Virus record (IMG/VR): IMGVR_UViG_3300035531_000094
Location: 1-53,758 of that record
Length of the DNA: 53,758 nt
Source: a virus
Taxonomy: Duplodnaviria > Caudoviricetes
Reading direction: 5' to 3' (one strand)
The position numbers and the translations under genes are program-made. This document shows, in pieces, positions 6,929 to 14,384 of the stretch (position 1 is the stretch's first letter; every line of letters starts with the position of its first letter). The notes beneath the pieces were generated by a model. The model made no database searches and was not told where the DNA came from. It was given only the letters and a program-made list of their open reading frames with translations.

Positions 6929-7000
6929 ATCGAATTTATTTTTTAATTTATAGTTTCGTGTTTCAAATCAGCACGTTTCATATTGCCGACCGTTATAAGC
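6866..7000 (+). repeat. attC-like hairpin 13 (last in the array)
   Basis: GCTAAC AA GCAATAT.AAAC.TGC / GCA.GTTT.ATATTGC..GTTATAAGC. Confidence 0.75.
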
Positions 7001-7002
7001 CA

Positions 7003-7206
7003 TTAGCCAACCCACAAAGAAAGCTGCTTAGTCTCATTTGTGAATCTTTGGCAACCATCTTCAAAGTAATCTTTTTCAATTTCACATCCGTAAAAATCCA
7101 AACCCATTTCCCACGCTGCGAGTCTACTGCTTTGGCTGCCTAAGTGAGTGTCTAATATTTTGTTTATTGCATCGCTGCCTTCTACTGTGTTCTTTTTTTT
7201 ATTCAT
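7003..7206 (-). pseudogene. C-terminal fragment of a DNA methyltransferase
   Basis: ILDTHLGSQSSRLAA...GCEIEKDYF matches the C-termini of the two beta-class MTases, but DPPY is absent. Confidence 0.75.
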
Positions 7207-7245
7207 TTTTGTAAGTGTTTATTTAAATTTGTTATATTAATATCA

Positions 7246-7575
7246 TTACACCACAATCGGTTCTCCACAAAAAGGGCATTCGCCAATCTGTATTACTTTA
7301 GTTCTATGGAAACTCCACGCACTTGCCATATCAATTTCACTATCCGTCATTGGCGTGTACCAGTTTCCTGAAACTTGACCTGTTATGTCGTAGTATTTTC
7401 CGTTATATTTTGTTATTACATGATTTTTTTCATTTGTAATGTAAGGTTCGCATTCCGGAAAATAAGTCTTCAGGAGTAAAAAAAACTGATAACACGCGCC
7501 GTTCATGTATATCATTTCGATGTACTTGTCGGTTTTTCGAATTGCGTTTATGAACTGTAATATGTTAGTTGTCAT
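7246..7575 (-). CDS. Hypothetical protein with C-terminal CPFCG
   Basis: 109-aa ORF in the operon; GAC...HV...YYDITG motif. Confidence 0.7.
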   Translation of the reverse strand: MTTNILQFINAIRKTDKYIEMIYMNGACYQFFLLLKTYFPECEPYITNEKNHVITKYNGKYYDITGQVSGNWYTPMTDSEIDMASAWSFHRTKVIQIGECPFCGEPIVV

Positions 7576-7578
7576 TTT

Positions 7579-8100
7579 TCAATATCTAAAATTTGTGAAA
7601 TGAATAATTGCCATTGGTTTATTTTGTCGGACTTTAAACCAGTCGCAAAAATCATCAAATGAAAGCCCATCGTTTTTAGCGATTTCTTCCCAGTTAATCA
7701 TTTTCCCATTTATAGGAGCAAAAACAAAGTTTGTAGGGTCTTCGAGTTTTTGAATTCCAACCCCTGATTCATTGTCGAGCCTGGCGAACTCTACCTGCTT
7801 TGACCCGTCTTTTTTGTAGTTATACGGACTGCCGGACCAATAGCGCAAGGATAAATAAGCATTGCCAGCAATAACTTCATCAATCCTTTTTTTCCATAGC
7901 TCGTAGTTGCCCCGTATGGTGTGAATTTTCTCTATTGTGACTTCGGAATATAACTTCCTTTCTTTAATCAGTTCTTGGCTTCCTTCCTTCCACATGGGAG
8001 CTATTTTGTTATAGATTTTCTCGACGAAAAAGGTTGGCTGTCCTTTCTGATTGTGTGTTGCCGGAAATGTCCGGCTTACTGTTAATACGTAAGTTTTCAT
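7579..8100 (-). CDS. Phage protein, possibly ASCH/PUA-like
   Basis: KIHTIR and IAKNDGLSFDDFCDWF motifs. Confidence 0.55.
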   Translation of the reverse strand: MKTYVLTVSRTFPATHNQKGQPTFFVEKIYNKIAPMWKEGSQELIKERKLYSEVTIEKIHTIRGNYELWKKRIDEVIAGNAYLSLRYWSGSPYNYKKDGSKQVEFARLDNESGVGIQKLEDPTNFVFAPINGKMINWEEIAKNDGLSFDDFCDWFKVRQNKPMAIIHFTNFRY

Positions 8101-8110
8101 TGTTGTTGTT

Positions 8111-8782
8111 TTAAATTTTGATTATATCATTACTTCTTTTGCTCTTCGAGTCGCTTAAAACGATAACGTTAAAGCATTCTTTTGCTCTTTCTTCAAGTCG
8201 TGGGTTATTGAGGTTTTTTTCGAGTTTGTTTTGTAAAATTTTGGGAGTGAAGTTTGAGCTTACAAGTAATCCCCTTCGGTTATTATTAATCTCACGATAA
8301 TCCAAAAATTCAACAATAGGAAAAGATGTACGGTCAAGCTTTATCATCCCCATCTCATTTACATCGTTGATTTTAATTGGCATCTTAAAATATTCCGGGT
8401 TTAAATTGAACCATTTTTTATTGAATTCACTAAATGTAAATTCCCGTATTTTTTTTCCAAACTCAGCGTAAAAAGCAACAATGGTTTTTAATATTAAATC
8501 CTTACCAACCCCTTGTGGCGAGCAGAGCCATAAACCTTTTTGTAAATCTCCTTTAAAATCGGGTGAAAGTATGCTCCAATTAAAAACAGAAAGGAGCAAT
8601 GTTTTATCGTTGTTTGATAATTTATATTCCTTACTCCTCTCTAAAACAAGGGATTTATGGATAAACGCAAAGAGTTTCTTTAGATAATAGGCTTCTTCTT
8701 TATTAAAGTTTGAATGTATTTTCTCTCGGTTATCCAGTTTTAAGAGCAATTGCGATCGTATTTTAAGATAGTTATGGTTCAT
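8111..8782 (-). CDS. DnaC/IstB-like P-loop ATPase (helicase loader), degenerate motifs
   Basis: KGLWLCSPQGVGKD Walker A-like motif and SSNF; directly follows the initiator gene. Confidence 0.65.
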   Translation of the reverse strand: MNHNYLKIRSQLLLKLDNREKIHSNFNKEEAYYLKKLFAFIHKSLVLERSKEYKLSNNDKTLLLSVFNWSILSPDFKGDLQKGLWLCSPQGVGKDLILKTIVAFYAEFGKKIREFTFSEFNKKWFNLNPEYFKMPIKINDVNEMGMIKLDRTSFPIVEFLDYREINNNRRGLLVSSNFTPKILQNKLEKNLNNPRLEERAKECFNVIVLSDSKSKRSNDIIKI

Positions 8783-9513
8783 ATTTCAAGTAGATTTTTA
8801 GATTTATTGGACGGATGGCTTTTAATTTCATTATTTATCCATTCTGCTTTTAATCCCTGCCAGCTTTTTTCAGCGGCAATTTTTACACATTCATTAGCCG
8901 GGACACCCGAAATTTCAATTTGCTTTTTAATGCCATTGAAAGCCGTTTTTGTATTTGCGGCTTTTTTCTTTGCCCGTACTTTTATCCAATCTTCAGCGAT
9001 TTGTTTTTCTACACCTAAATCAATAATTGAATTCTTAAAATTAAATTGAGTATCATTTTTATCTAAAATATTTCTGAGTTCTAATATTTGTTTATTTGTT
9101 AATTGTTCTTTGTTTAATTGTTTAATTATACTATCAATGCTTTGTACAGTGCTTTCACCTTGCTTTGTACTGTGCTTTATTAGAGCTTTATCAAGTGCTT
9201 TATCAGGTGCTTTATCAAAATATGATAGGGCAATGATATTTGATGAATATTGATTTTTACTTTTTTGGATGAGTTTTATAAAACCAAAATCAATTAGTTC
9301 GTTGAGTGTTTTGATATAGGTATTATAAGAATGGATGCCAATTGCTTCTTTTGCCATTGAAGTAGGCAGGCCGAACTTTTCCTTCCACCCCAACCTGTTG
9401 CAATGCTCTATGCAAAAAAAATACAGCGCGGTATGGCTTGGATTTATTTTTTCTGGATTTTCAAAACAATAGTCAAACCACTTACGGCTCAATGTATAGC
9501 TATTTATGTTCAT
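8779..9513 (-). CDS. Phage replication initiator (N-terminal winged-HTH)
   Basis: N-terminal HTH-like region, low-complexity linker, and a C-terminal W..VRAKKKA...WQGLKAEW domain; paired with the ATPase. Confidence 0.65.
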   Translation of the reverse strand: MNINSYTLSRKWFDYCFENPEKINPSHTALYFFCIEHCNRLGWKEKFGLPTSMAKEAIGIHSYNTYIKTLNELIDFGFIKLIQKSKNQYSSNIIALSYFDKAPDKALDKALIKHSTKQGESTVQSIDSIIKQLNKEQLTNKQILELRNILDKNDTQFNFKNSIIDLGVEKQIAEDWIKVRAKKKAANTKTAFNGIKKQIEISGVPANECVKIAAEKSWQGLKAEWINNEIKSHPSNKSKNLLEI

Positions 9514-9514
9514 A

Positions 9515-10216
9515 TTACCTCTTCTTCCACGGGTTTTGAATTCCTTTTTCTTCTAATATATCTTTAAATTTTGCTTTATACTTACTGGAAATATCCTCTA
9601 ATAAGGCAGCATCAAGTTTCATAGGCTGTCTTTTAATCTCCATCAATTTCTCCATAGTATCTTTGCCATGCTTATTTTTAATATAGACAGCCATTTCATC
9701 CATACTCCCACCCCGGTAATGGTTACACTGGTCGCATTGTGGTCCTACATTTAGCTCTAAAAATGCTGTTGAATAGTTTGTGTTGTTGCCGTCAAAAACT
9801 TTGATGTAATGACCAACATGGCAATTTCTACTATTAACAAGCATTAGTTTTCCGCAAGTACAACACCTGGTGGTTGTTCCCTTTTTGTCGATTGTGTTTT
9901 TCAATAAAATACATCTTGAAAACCATCTCCATGCCGTCGATTTATAAAACCTTTCTTTAGGTGTTTTAAGCTTGTTTTTGACCTTCTTTTTATTTGGGGT
10001 GTACTTACCCGGCTTAAAGCCCGAACGTTTATTATACCCCATCAGGTTGCTTTGAGAAAGCAATTTTTTGTTCTCCTTCCTTCGTTTTTTCGATTCAAAG
10101 TCTTTTAAGGATTGGCACCGGTGGCATAGTTTTGGGTTAATTGTGCTGTTGTTATGCGGCTTTCTGAATGTTTCGCCGCATAGTTTACAGATTAGTTGTT
10201 CGCCTTCGTGTATCAT
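9515..10216 (-). CDS. NinG/Rap-like endonuclease
   Basis: CCTCG..CHVGHY..NVGPQCDQCN..GG motif pattern of the lambda NinG family. Confidence 0.75.
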   Translation of the reverse strand: MIHEGEQLICKLCGETFRKPHNNSTINPKLCHRCQSLKDFESKKRRKENKKLLSQSNLMGYNKRSGFKPGKYTPNKKKVKNKLKTPKERFYKSTAWRWFSRCILLKNTIDKKGTTTRCCTCGKLMLVNSRNCHVGHYIKVFDGNNTNYSTAFLELNVGPQCDQCNHYRGGSMDEMAVYIKNKHGKDTMEKLMEIKRQPMKLDAALLEDISSKYKAKFKDILEEKGIQNPWKKR

Positions 10217-10228
10217 AGTGATTTAGTT

Positions 10229-10675
10229 TTATGGTTTTATGAGCCAATCAATATGCAATACTTTGCTTACCATTTTTGGATTAATTGAGTAAGCGTACCA
10301 AAACACTTCCCGGTATTGCTCCCGGAAGTCTTTGTTCGTGTCAAGTTCATCATTAACCGCAACAACAGAGTGCATTGCAGTTGTATGGTCTTTTTCGTAG
10401 TACATCCTGCTTGCTTTTTCGTAGCTAAGATTAAAAGCAAGTTTCAGGCAGACCATATGAACTTGTCTTGCTTTCACATATTCTTGTTTCCTTAATTTTT
10501 TTTTGGCAACCAAATCTTCGAGTGAAATTCCGCTACATTTTGTTATTAACATTCCTAACTTGTTCATTTGGTTTATTATACGCTGATTCATAGTGATGAT
10601 GTTAATTTCATTGTTAATATGTTTTAAAAACAATTTTAAAATGAAATAACGTACTTTGTTTAATATTGCATTCAT
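10229..10675 (-). CDS. DnaA C-terminal-like HTH protein
   Basis: RKQEYVKARQV...KDHTTAMHSV resembles DnaA domain IV. Confidence 0.7.
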   Translation of the reverse strand: MNAILNKVRYFILKLFLKHINNEINIITMNQRIINQMNKLGMLITKCSGISLEDLVAKKKLRKQEYVKARQVHMVCLKLAFNLSYEKASRMYYEKDHTTAMHSVVAVNDELDTNKDFREQYREVFWYAYSINPKMVSKVLHIDWLIKP

Positions 10676-10750
10676 AGTGTTGTTGAGTGTTGTTGTTTAA
10701 GTTGGTGCGGACGGGTTGATATCTGGCCGCACCAATTTTGTTTAGTTTAT

Positions 10751-11500
10751 TTATACTTCGATAATTACAAGCTCTGGGGCGATCTTTTCAATTGCCTTTA
10801 CCTCATCATCAATAATCTTGTTTTTGATGCCTGACACAATGTCGTTTGCATCAGGCGAAACAAAGGTTACTGAGTAGTTACCGGGGTTCACATAAACTTC
10901 AACCTCGAATGTGGTTTTAGCCGTTCCTTTAAAAATAGGCACGTTCAGTTTGAATGTTTTTGGGATGTTGCTTTCAATGATGTTCTGTGCAATCATTGTC
11001 TTTACACTTCCTCTATTGTCATCAGCCTTTTCGTACTTATTATCGGCTTTGATTTTTATGTTTGAAAGTTCAGAAGAAAGCTTCATTGCATCTGATTTGT
11101 TGTCAAAACATGAACGGTTCATTTTAATGAACTCAGAAAGTTCTTTATGGTCCCAACTTTCACCGGTGTTGATTTTCCATTTTGAAAAGTCAGGGTGAAG
11201 GTTTAATTTTCCTTTTACCTTACCGCGATAAAAGGGGTCGGTTTCGTTAAAGCAAAGGGTTATTCCCATATTGTTACGGTCAATAAGGATGTGGCTTTTA
11301 TAGTCAATAACCTGTCCGGACATGTCGGTTAATATTAAGTCATCGTACTCGATGTGTCTTTTTTCAATCCATTTCCTTGGCGAATCGATATTGCCTAAAA
11401 TTGCGATCTCGTGTGGGGCTCTACTGTCAAGCCCTTTTTTGTGGGCTATTGTTACATTTTTCACCCCGTTTTCAATTTTATAAACTTCTTGGTTTTCCAT
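10751..11500 (-). CDS. Hypothetical phage protein
   Basis: 249-aa ORF in the operon. Confidence 0.75.
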   Translation of the reverse strand: MENQEVYKIENGVKNVTIAHKKGLDSRAPHEIAILGNIDSPRKWIEKRHIEYDDLILTDMSGQVIDYKSHILIDRNNMGITLCFNETDPFYRGKVKGKLNLHPDFSKWKINTGESWDHKELSEFIKMNRSCFDNKSDAMKLSSELSNIKIKADNKYEKADDNRGSVKTMIAQNIIESNIPKTFKLNVPIFKGTAKTTFEVEVYVNPGNYSVTFVSPDANDIVSGIKNKIIDDEVKAIEKIAPELVIIEV

Positions 11501-11511
11501 ACTGTTAATAA

Positions 11512-11946
11512 TTATTCGTTTGTACCATTTTTTCTTAACTCCATATGAATCGTGCGTTGCAATTCATCGGCAAGTGCCGGTCGTGTCATTGTTTCAATTA
11601 GCTCCCCTTTTTCATCGTAGAAGTAAGCCATGCGGGTTTCATCGTCCACTACCTTGTATAGTGTACCCTGCATCTGGCGGATGCCCGTGCGTACTTCTGA
11701 TGAAAGTTCTTGGCGGCGTAATTTTAAGGGCTTAAGGTTCTCTTTAAATTCGTCAACCATACTTTTCTTTTGCTCTTCGAGGTCGTCCATTGCAAGGCTA
11801 TTCTGCGTGAATTCAGATTTTGCCTGCAATATTTCTTCGCTTGTCAATCTTCGATAGTATTTCTCTTCTGAAACACCATCTGCCTGTGAGGAAAGTAGTT
11901 CTTTCCTTTTTTTAGGCTCTTCGTTTTGAAATAAAAATTTGTCCAT
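11512..11946 (-). CDS. Hypothetical coiled-coil phage protein
   Basis: 144-aa ORF in the operon. Confidence 0.75.
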   Translation of the reverse strand: MDKFLFQNEEPKKRKELLSSQADGVSEEKYYRRLTSEEILQAKSEFTQNSLAMDDLEEQKKSMVDEFKENLKPLKLRRQELSSEVRTGIRQMQGTLYKVVDDETRMAYFYDEKGELIETMTRPALADELQRTIHMELRKNGTNE

Positions 11947-11966
11947 AAATGTTAAATATTAAATGA

Positions 11967-12416
11967 TTACTGTCTTTTATTATAGCTCCCCGATACTCCT
12001 CGGGATGCGTTTAATTCTTCTTTATACTTCGATAGTAATGAACGGTACCAGTCGAGTTGATGTGTGGCAGTTGCGTTTAACCTGCCGATAAAATCAACCA
12101 ACCAGGTTTCATATGTACAGGCTGAGCGGATAAACTCTTTTTGTACGGACGCTGATAGATAAGTACCTTCCATTTCGGCAAGTAGCTGTTTAAGGATATC
12201 GGAGCGCAACCGTTCGTTCAGGTGCAATTTTGCATCGGCAAGCATTGCCCCTGTTCTGGCTAAATAAACCGATATTTGATTGCCCCTCATTTCAATTTCA
12301 TCACCGTGAACCTGCATGTGTTCAGAAGAGGTTTCCATGTCAGCCTCTAAAAAAGACTGAATATTTAAGGCCTCCTCTTCGAGCTTTTTTGTTGGTGTAA
12401 TAAAATCGTATATCAT
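11967..12416 (-). CDS. Hypothetical helical phage protein
   Basis: 149-aa ORF overlapping the upstream stop codon. Confidence 0.75.
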   Translation of the reverse strand: MIYDFITPTKKLEEEALNIQSFLEADMETSSEHMQVHGDEIEMRGNQISVYLARTGAMLADAKLHLNERLRSDILKQLLAEMEGTYLSASVQKEFIRSACTYETWLVDFIGRLNATATHQLDWYRSLLSKYKEELNASRGVSGSYNKRQ

Positions 12417-13153
12417 AAAACTGATTTGTTAAATGGTATTGTCATTCCTTTATTTGCTACGTGTACCATCCTCCCGGTCTGTTCGACTACTTCTCTTTTC
12501 ATTAGCTCTTCGTTGCTGTGCCCGTCTGATAAGTGTATCAATACAATGTTTACCACATTTGACAAGTCGTTGGCTCCTAATAATTTTTTACAGGTACGTA
12601 AACTCATGTGTGAATTGTGTATTCGTTTATACCTGAACAGTTCAAGTTTACCTGAATTTAAAAGGTCGTCCACTATTTCATCTACATAATTTGCTTCAAC
12701 AATAACATGGCTTAAGCCTTTGAATTTGTAAGTTGAATAGTGCGTGTCAGTGAGGAAAAGAACTTTCCCGGACTCCGGGTGGTCGATTATGTAGCCAAAT
12801 GGTTCTTCTGCATCGTGTATAACATCAAATGGCATTATCTTAAAGTTTCCGGCCTTGAAAACCTGTTTTGGCTTTACCGCCACAGGCTTTCTTTCGCCGT
12901 ATAAGTTCAATTTATTTATTGTGCCTTCTGATGTGAAAACATTGACACCCCTGTTGAGGTATTCTTTTACGTATTTAGCATGGTCGCCGTGTTCGTGTGA
13001 AAGAATACACCCTTTAACAATCGAAATGTTAAAGTCAAGGGCTTTCTGTACTTCCTTAAAGCGAACCCCTGCCTCTATAACTAACGCTTCGTTATCATTG
13101 TGTAGGATGTATCCGTTACCTGAGCTTGATGATGCCAATACTGTTAGTTCCAT
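12413..13153 (-). CDS. MBL-fold metallo-hydrolase (probable nuclease)
   Basis: ASSSSGN, SHEHGDH, HDA, TDT and HLS motifs. Confidence 0.9.
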   Translation of the reverse strand: MELTVLASSSSGNGYILHNDNEALVIEAGVRFKEVQKALDFNISIVKGCILSHEHGDHAKYVKEYLNRGVNVFTSEGTINKLNLYGERKPVAVKPKQVFKAGNFKIMPFDVIHDAEEPFGYIIDHPESGKVLFLTDTHYSTYKFKGLSHVIVEANYVDEIVDDLLNSGKLELFRYKRIHNSHMSLRTCKKLLGANDLSNVVNIVLIHLSDGHSNEELMKREVVEQTGRMVHVANKGMTIPFNKSVL

Positions 13154-13154
13154 A

Positions 13155-13454
13155 TCAATGTGTTGAAGGCCTTGTAACTTTATAACTGTACGTGTTGTCG
13201 CCAGTCTTTTTAAACTCGGTATAGTACGGCGCGAAGTTTAAACCAAAGTCATGCTCTTTTTTCATCAACTCCTTGATTTTGTCTTCGCTATACCTTGCTG
13301 GCTCTAAAAAGCCTGTACAAAACTGCCTTACTGCTTGTTCTTCTGAGTAATCGGGCTGTGAAACAACTTCTACGACATAGTGGTAATAACTATCTCCGTA
13401 CCTTCTTCTTTGCCCGGCCTCTTTTGTCTCTACCTTAAAGTGATAATCTTTCAT
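13155..13454 (-). CDS. Hypothetical protein
   Basis: The likelier start is MKDYHF at 13454; the longer track ORF overlaps recT. Confidence 0.65.
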   Translation of the reverse strand: MKDYHFKVETKEAGQRRRYGDSYYHYVVEVVSQPDYSEEQAVRQFCTGFLEPARYSEDKIKELMKKEHDFGLNFAPYYTEFKKTGDNTYSYKVTRPSTH

Positions 13455-13467
13455 TGTCGTTGCTTTT

Positions 13468-14382
13468 TTAGTTGTCAAATGGTAAATCGTCAGGGAACTG
13501 CGCTTGTTGTTGCGCCTGTGCCCTTGGTTTCTCTTCCTGTTTGGGTTGCGGTTGTTTTTCGGGCTGTTCGGGTTCGGATTCTTTATTCGTGGAAACTTCG
13601 TTGTATTCTTCGGCTTCAATGTCGAGTGTTTCCTCGTTCTCTCTTGATTTTATGTTTTTGCTGCCTTCAACTAAAACAGCATCATCAGAGGCGTTTATAT
13701 AAGGCTTGCAAATCCTATTTATTATAGTTTTTTTTGCCATTTGGTCGGTGAAATTTTTATGTGCCTTTGAACCGCCATTTGTAGCACCCATTTCCCATGC
13801 TCTTTGAATCTGTGATATTGTCATTGGTTCCATTTCCGATGTACCGTCATTGAAAATGATAGTTGCATAGGCACCACGTATTTTATTTATGTCTATGTTT
13901 TCAAGTTTCTGCACATGTTTAATTACTTTTCTCATGCCTGTTTCCGGGCTAATCTCAAATTGGAAATCATCATCTTGATAAATAATATTGGCTGTTATGC
14001 GTTGAATGTCCGGGTTGTACCTTTTTGCAAGGGCTATTGTGCCAAAATATTCACGCTGCATGGTCAGGCTGTTGCCGTATGCAATAAACGAACACTGGTT
14101 TTTTTGAACATTTAACCCTTCTGTCACCATCTTCATTAATGCGTTGGCAATTGATGTTTTTGAACAGGTTTCAATTACAGGCTTATTATTTTTGTCTTTT
14201 GTTTCAAGAAGTTTGAACCATGCTGCTTTGAGTGCATTGGCTGGTGAATAGTCCTTTGGTAAATTTAAAGCACCTTCTTTTTGATACTCATTTACCTGTG
14301 AAAGCACCTGGTTAATTGTTTCTTCTTGAAACTTTTTAAGATATTGGCCTGTGGCTGCCGGTGTTTGATTACTTTGTGTCAT
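13468..14382 (-). CDS. recT: RecT-family single-strand annealing recombinase
   Basis: SIANAL..MV..GL...KNQC.FIAYG, and F.DQMAKKT.INR.CK. Confidence 0.88.
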   Translation of the reverse strand: MTQSNQTPAATGQYLKKFQEETINQVLSQVNEYQKEGALNLPKDYSPANALKAAWFKLLETKDKNNKPVIETCSKTSIANALMKMVTEGLNVQKNQCSFIAYGNSLTMQREYFGTIALAKRYNPDIQRITANIIYQDDDFQFEISPETGMRKVIKHVQKLENIDINKIRGAYATIIFNDGTSEMEPMTISQIQRAWEMGATNGGSKAHKNFTDQMAKKTIINRICKPYINASDDAVLVEGSKNIKSRENEETLDIEAEEYNEVSTNKESEPEQPEKQPQPKQEEKPRAQAQQQAQFPDDLPFDN

Positions 14383-14384
14383 AA

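Larger units (their letters stand above)
114..7000 (+). mobile_element. Integron-like (attC/CALIN-like) cassette array of 13 units
   Basis: Units start at GTT sites 114, 1111, 1539, 2152, 2923, 3215, 3560, 4578, 4952, 5293, 5728, 6030 and 6736, with a final GTT at 6992. Each unit has an AAC box opening a hairpin. In 11/13 units that box is the reverse complement of the unit's own start (e.g. GTTGTACGC 114 / GCGTACAAC 985; GTTATGGGC 1111 / GCCCATAAC 1412). Confidence 0.8.

Noticed and set aside
114-7000. CRISPR array interpretation of the repeated elements
   Set aside because: Repeats are not identical, spacing is 250-1000 bp, the spacers are genes, and no cas genes are present.
985-7000. Hairpins as ordinary intrinsic terminators
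   Set aside because: They lack U-tracts, are long and imperfect, and overlap gene starts. Termination would not explain end complementarity across each unit.
9170-9218. GTGCTTTATCA-like short tandem repeats in the initiator gene as origin iterons
   Set aside because: Plausible, but they also encode a DKAP/DKAL peptide repeat, and the evidence is too weak to call an origin.
10702-10736. GC-rich hairpin TTGGTGCGG...CCGCACCAA as another attC-like site
   Set aside because: It lacks the flanking AAC/GTT box architecture and is more likely a terminator or RNA-processing stem.
13455-13619. N-terminal extension of the 13155..13619 ORF
   Set aside because: It is an alternate-frame overlap with the low-complexity recT tail; the ATG at 13454 is more plausible.
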